DNA of 51,258 nucleotides from an uncultured Bacilli bacterium (GTDB lineage Bacteria; Bacillota_I; Bacilli_A; RF39; UBA660): NCBI GenBank assembly GCA_934091015.1, contig CAKOKM010000002.1, positions 1 to 51,258 of the forward strand, read 5' to 3'. Shown piece by piece: positions 45,527 to 51,258 of this stretch (position 1 is its first letter; each line of letters starts with the position of its first letter). The notes under the pieces were generated by a model. It saw only the letters and a program-made list of their open reading frames with translations, ran no database searches and was not told where the DNA came from. The position numbers and the translations under genes were made by a program.

Positions 45527-45556
45527 AGAATATCAAATTATTAAATGTTAGGTCAA
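45527..45556 (-). promoter_or_regulatory. promoter of the locus 2 peptide mRNA
   Basis: Minus-strand TTGACC, 18 nt, then TATTCT. The predicted start is at AGGAACATTTAA. Confidence 0.4.
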
Positions 45557-45670
45557 GTAAATGTTACGAAAATTCATATATTAATAATAATGTCATATAA
45601 TGTATAAAAAATAGGTATTTGTTTTTCTAAAAATATATGATAAACTTATATATAGTAAAGAGGTAATTAA

Positions 45671-47071
45671 ATGAAAATTAAAAGAATAATAATTGGGTGT
45701 TTGGTTAGTGTTTTTGGATTAATAAACGTTAATGCAGCATCTATAGAAATAACAGGAGTATCAACATTAAAAACTAATGAAAACGGAAAATATGAAATAA
45801 AATTAAAAGATGTTGGTAGTGATGAATTTAATCAAGTAGAATTCGAGGTTGTGTATGATTCTAATTTAATTAAGTTTGTTGGTAGTGAAGCAAATGATTA
45901 TTCTACTACTCCAAATTATTCAGGAAATAAAGCTTTTATTGGTTCAGCAAATAATTATAAAGATGGAGTTATTGGATCATTTAATATAACTAATTTATCA
46001 GAAGAAAATGCAACTACTTCTTTTGTAATTAAAAATATTAAGTTTAAAAAAGGTGATGTTGAAGTTGGTACTGCTGCTGATTATTCAAAAACTTTAACAT
46101 TAAGACAAGGGGTTACTACTACAACTACAAGACCTAAAAATACAAGTGCATCTGTAACTAGTATTTCATTTAAAAATTCGACTATGAAGCCAGCATTTAG
46201 TCAAGATATACATGAATATAAATTGTATACAAAAGATACAATTAGACAAGTTACATTATTTTATACTACTCTAGAAACAGGTGTTACTTTAAAAAGTGAG
46301 TGTACTGTTGGATGTACTGTATCTAGCCAATCAGATACTATAATTCAAACAGTTATTGGTAAAAATGAAGTAATATTTAAATTTACTAGTGAAGATGAAA
46401 AAAATACAGAAGAATATAAGTTTATTATATATCGTGGGGAAACTACTGATGGATCTAATAAATTAGCTGGATTAAATATAAAAGAATATAATATTAATGA
46501 AAAATTTGATGAAAATGTTTTAGATTATACTGCTTCTGTTCCATATGAAGTAGAGAATTTAGAAATAAATGCAACTGCTGCTGATGAAAATGCAAAGATT
46601 GAAATTAAAGGAAATAATAACTTAAAAGTAGGAGAAAATGTAATAACTATTACAGTTACACCTACAGATGAAGAAAATGAAATTAAAATATATAATATAA
46701 CCGTTATTAGAGAAGAGTATGTAAGTGAAGAACCTGTAACAACTGCTTTTGTTCCAGGAGCAATTGATAAGAAAGATAATTCAAATATAATATTAATTAT
46801 TTTAATAGTGTTAGTTTCATTAATAATTATTGGACTTGCGGGATATTTAATATTCTTTAATAAAAAGAAAAATAAAAAAGAAAAATTAGATAAAAATGTA
46901 GATCTAGTGGAAGATAAAACAGAAGAATTAGATGAATTACCTAAAGTTAAAGAGACAAGTATTATAGATAGTACTTTTGAAGAAAAAGAACCTACTTCAG
47001 TTGAAGATGCTTTAGATGATTTAATGAAAACTAAAGATATATTTGATGACAATAATAATGAATCACTTTAA
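45671..47071 (+). CDS. surface protein: cohesin-like N-terminal domain, two cadherin-like beta-sandwich repeats, TM anchor, acidic tail
   Basis: Signal peptide; the QVEFEVVYDSNLIKFVG block; repeats ending YKFIIYR and IYNITVIRE; a TM segment (IILIILIVLVSLIIIGLAGYLIFF). Confidence 0.8.
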   Translation: MKIKRIIIGCLVSVFGLINVNAASIEITGVSTLKTNENGKYEIKLKDVGSDEFNQVEFEVVYDSNLIKFVGSEANDYSTTPNYSGNKAFIGSANNYKDGVIGSFNITNLSEENATTSFVIKNIKFKKGDVEVGTAADYSKTLTLRQGVTTTTTRPKNTSASVTSISFKNSTMKPAFSQDIHEYKLYTKDTIRQVTLFYTTLETGVTLKSECTVGCTVSSQSDTIIQTVIGKNEVIFKFTSEDEKNTEEYKFIIYRGETTDGSNKLAGLNIKEYNINEKFDENVLDYTASVPYEVENLEINATAADENAKIEIKGNNNLKVGENVITITVTPTDEENEIKIYNITVIREEYVSEEPVTTAFVPGAIDKKDNSNIILIILIVLVSLIIIGLAGYLIFFNKKKNKKEKLDKNVDLVEDKTEELDELPKVKETSIIDSTFEEKEPTSVEDALDDLMKTKDIFDDNNNESL

Positions 47072-47096
47072 TAGAATATATTAAGGTGGTTTTTTT

Positions 47097-47675
47097 ATGT
47101 TTATAGCGCATCGTGGTTTATATGATGATAATATTAAGGAAAATACTATTGAAGCTTTTGATAACGCTTTTAATAATGGTTATGAAGGTATTGAGTTCGA
47201 TGTTAGATTAACTAAGGATAAGATTCCTGTAATATTACATGATTCTTTTTTATCAAGGGTATTTGGGGTTAAAGGATTACTTAAAAATTATACTTATCAA
47301 GAATTATTAGATAAAAAGATAGCTATTCCTAAGTTTGAAGATGTTATTAGTAGATATAATAATAAAGTTATGATTATTGAATTAAAAGAAAAAGTTGATA
47401 TAACTAAATATATTAAAGATAATCGTAATAAATATTATATTTCTTCTTTTAATTATGACTATATATCTTATTTAAATAAAAGTAGTTATTATAAGTTAGG
47501 CGTTATTAATTATATATTAAATAGTGGTATAGATTATAGTAAAATTGATTTTATAATGATATTAGATAGTATTTATAATAAAAAATTATTTAAGTTAAAA
47601 GATATAGAAATTATTATTTATGGGGTTATTGGTAATATAAATAGTTATAATAAAGAATTAAAATATATTATTTAA
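47097..47675 (+). CDS. glycerophosphodiester phosphodiesterase family protein
   Basis: N-terminal AHRG....ENT..AF..A...G..GIEFDVRLTKD..PV.LHD motif. Confidence 0.8.
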   Translation: MFIAHRGLYDDNIKENTIEAFDNAFNNGYEGIEFDVRLTKDKIPVILHDSFLSRVFGVKGLLKNYTYQELLDKKIAIPKFEDVISRYNNKVMIIELKEKVDITKYIKDNRNKYYISSFNYDYISYLNKSSYYKLGVINYILNSGIDYSKIDFIMILDSIYNKKLFKLKDIEIIIYGVIGNINSYNKELKYII

Positions 47676-47826
47676 TTATTAATTATTTTACAGTTTATGA
47701 ATAGAATATATTGTACATCACTAGAGTGGTGTTTAAATAGATTAGGGAGAGAAATAATTCTTTCCCTTTTTGTATTTTATTTTAAAATTATTTTTGATAT
47801 AATTAATTATAGTTGGAGGCTAGAAG

Positions 47827-48405
47827 ATGAAAGATGATAATGTAATTGTGTTAGGTACTTTAAAAAAAGAAAAATCTAGTAAACCATTTTTGGTATTATT
47901 TATATTTATTTTATTAATAGGTACTTGTTTAGCGTTTCCTTATATTAAAGCTTATTTAGGTGATGATTTTACTTTAAATGATTTATTAAATAGAAATAGT
48001 ACGACTACTACAAAGCCAGTTATTACAACTACTAGTACGACAACAATAACTGAGGCTATTAATAATACTATTTTAACTTGTAAATATCGTAATTATAGTT
48101 ATGAGTATACTTTTAATAATGATAATAAATTAATTAAAATATTTAATAGTTATTCTTTTAATAGTGAAGATAAAACTGTTTATGAAGAAACTTTAAATAC
48201 TTATATAAGTAGAAGTAATAATATTAATAATTTAGGTGGAAGTAGTAAGGTTATTAATAATGATGAAAATAATACTTTTGTTTTTGAAAGTTTAATTGAT
48301 AAAGAAATTGATTTAACTTCTATTGATGTTAATTATTTCTTACTTAGTTCTAATTATAATGATGTTTTAAATCAATTAAGTGGTAAGGGTTTTGATTGTA
48401 AATGA
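47827..48405 (+). CDS. membrane-anchored hypothetical protein
   Basis: N-terminal TM segment, a Thr-rich linker and two Cys. It overlaps the scpA start. Confidence 0.55.
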   Translation: MKDDNVIVLGTLKKEKSSKPFLVLFIFILLIGTCLAFPYIKAYLGDDFTLNDLLNRNSTTTTKPVITTTSTTTITEAINNTILTCKYRNYSYEYTFNNDNKLIKIFNSYSFNSEDKTVYEETLNTYISRSNNINNLGGSSKVINNDENNTFVFESLIDKEIDLTSIDVNYFLLSSNYNDVLNQLSGKGFDCK

Positions 48406-49112
48406 ATGTTGAAATAAATGATTTTAGTGGTCCGTTAGATTTATTATTACACTTAATTAAAAGTAATAAAATGGACATATATGATATAAATATTGAGTTA
48501 ATAACTAGAGAATATATTGATTATATAAATAATAATAAAGATTTAACTATTGATGCTTGTAGTGAATATTTAGTTATGGCATCGGAACTTATTCATTTGA
48601 AAAGTAAATTATTATTACATCATGAGGATGAAGATGATGAAGAATATGAAATTAATAATGAAGAGGAATTAAGAGATAGATTACTTGAATATCAAAAGAT
48701 TAAAGATATGGCTAATGATTTTAGAGTATTGGAAGAAAGAAGAAGTTATGTTTATACTAAAATGCCTAGTAATTTAAATGAATTTAGAGAAGAGGCTAAG
48801 TTAAATACGGATATTACTTTAAATGATTTACTTAGTGCTTTTGAAGAATTTTTAAAAAGACAAAAAAGTAAGAAACCTAGTGTAACAACTGTTACTAAAA
48901 AGGAATTTAGTGTTGAAGAAAGAAATAATTCAATTAGGAAAATTATTAAAGATAGGGGTAAGATTAATTTTTTAGATTTATTTGATGATATTTCTAAACC
49001 TTATGTTATTATTACTTTTTTGAGTATTCTTGATTTATCGAAGAAAAGTGAAATAATTATTACACAGGATAAAAATTTTGGGGAAATATATTTAGAAGGA
49101 AGTAATTTATGA
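48402..49112 (+). CDS. scpA: segregation and condensation protein A
   Basis: N-terminal F.GPLDLLLHLIK..K.DIYDI motif. scpA-scpB pair. Confidence 0.9.
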   Translation: MNVEINDFSGPLDLLLHLIKSNKMDIYDINIELITREYIDYINNNKDLTIDACSEYLVMASELIHLKSKLLLHHEDEDDEEYEINNEEELRDRLLEYQKIKDMANDFRVLEERRSYVYTKMPSNLNEFREEAKLNTDITLNDLLSAFEEFLKRQKSKKPSVTTVTKKEFSVEERNNSIRKIIKDRGKINFLDLFDDISKPYVIITFLSILDLSKKSEIIITQDKNFGEIYLEGSNL

Positions 49113-49660
49113 AAGAGTTAGGGATTTTGGAAGGTATTTTGTTTGTTGTAGGTGATGATGGCATTTCTCTTGAAACTTTATGTGATGTAATGGGAAAATC
49201 AGAAACTGAAGTTAAAAATTTACTTTCTACTTTAAAAAAGAATTATGATGAAGATGATAGAGGAATAAGAATTAGTTATTTGGGAGATGCCTTTAAATTA
49301 ACTACTAAACCGGAACATAAGGAAATTTATGAAAAACTTGTAAAGAAACCGGAAAGTAATACTTTGTCTCCTGCTGCATTGGAAACGTTGGCAATTATTG
49401 CTTATAATGGGCCCATAACTAGAGTGGAAATAGATGAACTTAGAGGTGTTTCTACCGTGTTTGTGCTTAGAAAACTTCTTGCTAAAGATTTAATAAGAGT
49501 TTGTGGTAAGAGTACTTTACCTGGTAAGCCAAATTTATATGAAGTAACAAATAATTTTTTAGATTATTTTGGACTTGCTACTATTAATGATTTACCTAAA
49601 TTAAAAGATAGTGAAAGTGAAGAACTGGATTTATATAATACTTTATATAAAGAAGATTAA
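49109..49660 (+). CDS. scpB: segregation and condensation protein B
   Basis: LEGILFV.GD.G block and ALETLAIIAYNGPITRVEIDELRGV. Confidence 0.9.
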   Translation: MKELGILEGILFVVGDDGISLETLCDVMGKSETEVKNLLSTLKKNYDEDDRGIRISYLGDAFKLTTKPEHKEIYEKLVKKPESNTLSPAALETLAIIAYNGPITRVEIDELRGVSTVFVLRKLLAKDLIRVCGKSTLPGKPNLYEVTNNFLDYFGLATINDLPKLKDSESEELDLYNTLYKED

Positions 49661-49708
49661 TTTTTGTAGCATTAATTAGTTATAATATGCTATAATTAAT
49701 TTGTTCTT

Positions 49709-49795
49709 GCTTGTGTGGCGGAATTGGTAGACGCACAGCACTCAAAATGCTGCGGTTTTACGACCATGAGGGTTCGATTCCCTCCGCAAGCACCA
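49709..49795 (+). tRNA. tRNA-Leu (anticodon CAA), long variable arm, CCA encoded
   Basis: GGCGGAATTGGTAGACGC D-arm, anticodon loop CTCAAAA, GGTTCGATTCC T-arm, and acceptor pairing GCTTGTG/CGCAAGC. Confidence 0.9.
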
Positions 49796-49927
49796 GATTG
49801 ATAGAAAGCTCGAACTTTTCGAGTAGTAATAAATGCTAGCTAGAAATAGTTAGTTTTTTTAATATAAATTTTATTATATAAAAAGATTAGTTGTATTTCA
49901 AACTAATTCAATCAACAAATTGACAAT

Positions 49928-50500
49928 TTATTTGTTTGTTTCTTTCAATTTTATAAAAATTGTAACTGCTAGATATCCAATAATACTTCCAATAAAATTC
50001 ATGATTATATCGTCAATATCAAAACTTCTACCAGCTATCGGTTGTAATATTTCAATTGACAAAGTAATTAAAATAGCAATAACAAATATATTCTTTTTAT
50101 TTATGTTTTTGAAAACTAATGGCAACATAATTCCCATTGGAATAAACATCAACATATTACCTATTAGCATATCTCGTATCCAAGTACCTATCGAAAGTTC
50201 ACCTTCAATTAAATATTTGTATAATGATGGAACAAAATTGAAACTTCCAGAAAACCAACCTAAATTATCCCCTGTAGAGTATCCATTTTTTACACAAAAC
50301 CAAAAATGCGACCAAAGATTGCTTGGAACGAGTACAAGATTTATTAATCCAGTTAAATAACATACAAAAATAAATTTAACTATTTCATAAAAATAATTAA
50401 CTGATAATTTGTTTTTCTTAATTTTAATAATTCTATAAATAACATATATTATTCCCACTATTATAGTAATAGGAACAACATTCAAAAATGTTTCTAACAT
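49928..50500 (-). CDS. VanZ-like membrane protein
   Basis: LQPIAGRSFDIDDIIMNFIGSIIGY motif and a multi-pass hydrophobic profile. Confidence 0.75.
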   Translation of the reverse strand: MLETFLNVVPITIIVGIIYVIYRIIKIKKNKLSVNYFYEIVKFIFVCYLTGLINLVLVPSNLWSHFWFCVKNGYSTGDNLGWFSGSFNFVPSLYKYLIEGELSIGTWIRDMLIGNMLMFIPMGIMLPLVFKNINKKNIFVIAILITLSIEILQPIAGRSFDIDDIIMNFIGSIIGYLAVTIFIKLKETNK

Positions 50501-50559
50501 ATAATTGTTACCACCTTTCGAAATACAAATTACTATTTTTCTAACTAATTAATAAATTG

Positions 50560-50726
50560 CTATTTATCCTTCTTATTAAATGACATTAAACAAGCAATAA
50601 TGGAAAATAATGTTCCGAATAATATCATAGCTAATCTTCCTATTCCATCAATTTCAGTAATAATTCCATAATCTAAAATTTCTATTCCTAAAATCATTAA
50701 AACAACTTTAAATACATTTTTTTCAT
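50560..50726 (-). pseudogene. small membrane protein ORF interrupted at an A7 run
   Basis: GGAGAAAGTATAT-ATG, then A7 and a stop after 9 codons. One extra A would give a 55-aa ORF (MKKNVFKVVLMILGIEILDYG...FNKKDK). Confidence 0.3.
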
Positions 50727-51081
50727 ATATACTTTCTCCTTTTTAAATTACTATTTATCTATTCCATCGGTGTAATTATATCACGATTTTAACAGATTTT
50801 TATTACTAAAAAACATCCAAAATTCATCCAACATTTCTAGTATATATCCAACATTTGGAAGCAAAATAGAACCTTGCAAACCCTTTAATTAAAAGGGATA
50901 AATCAAAAGTATGGTAGAGTTCTTCCGTATTTTAACTCAATTTTGCAAGTGCAAAATAACAAACGATAGCACTATAAAGTCTTTATTTATACATAATAAA
51001 TTAAGGTGGTTCTATCAATTCCCTTATCCTGCTTAATAATATAGTAATAAAAATATGCTTAATTATTAGTGTATTTTATCA

Positions 51082-51258
51082 TTAAATAGTTACTATTTCC
51101 ATGGTTATTAAATAATTTATAATTTTATCAATTACATCATCTATATTTTTATCTAACCAATTATATTTTGGATTATTAAGGTTTATTTTATATAATCTTG
51201 AACTAGTAATTTTTTCAAATTGATTAATCAAATCTTTTACATTATTAACATTGATTGA
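51082..51258 (-). CDS. 3' end of a gene entering from the window edge (partial, hypothetical)
   Basis: 58 codons are open to the right edge on the minus strand, with a TAA stop at 51082-51084. Confidence 0.3.
   Translation of the reverse strand, partial: SINVNNVKDLINQFEKITSSRLYKINLNNPKYNWLDKNIDDVIDKIINYLITMEIVTI

Noticed and set aside
49796-51258. A genomic island integrated at tRNA-Leu.
   Set aside because: There is no integrase, and I could find no direct repeat of the tRNA 3' end downstream. The window ends too soon to judge.

Overview
This is a chromosomal segment from a very AT-rich, endospore-forming Firmicute. It has a PolC-type replicase plus sigK, gerE, gerM-like, spoIIIAH-like and yqfC/yqfD. 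The backbone follows Bacillus-like synteny: dnaD-nth facing ponA-recU, then engB, sepF-divIVA, sigK, polC, yqfC-yqfD-(VanZ)-ybeY-dgkA-cdd-era-(insert)-yqzL-recO, hemW, scpA-scpB, and two tRNAs (Arg-TCT, Leu-CAA). Between these housekeeping blocks sit several accessory or unusual elements. (1) A secreted 794-aa protein gene (30664-33048) has two adenine-depleted, NNY-codon islands that look like variable regions of a diversity-generating retroelement (DGR). No reverse transcriptase (RT) or template repeat (TR) is visible in the window. (2) A type III toxin-antitoxin locus (25253-25922) combines about three 34-35-nt tandem RNA repeats, a hairpin and a ToxN/AbiQ-like ORF. (3) An orphan RNA locus (4408-4600) has its own promoter and terminator and carries two 50-nt tandem repeats; base-pair covariation between the copies supports a pseudoknot. 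(4) Two paralogous modules, each pairing a small hydrophobic peptide with a convergent sRNA, resemble type I toxin-antitoxin loci (about 21161-21481 and 45228-45556). (5) A bacteriocin locus holds a C39-peptidase ABC exporter and two double-glycine-leader peptides that are missing from the ORF track (12119-12399). (6) A leucine-rich-repeat (LRR) protein gene is broken by a perfect 13-bp tandem duplication. (7) An AAA ATPase gene is flanked by two copies of a 36-nt palindrome. I saw no rRNA, CRISPR array, transposase, integrase or reverse transcriptase. All functional calls rest on motif recognition by eye and on synteny; no database search was possible.
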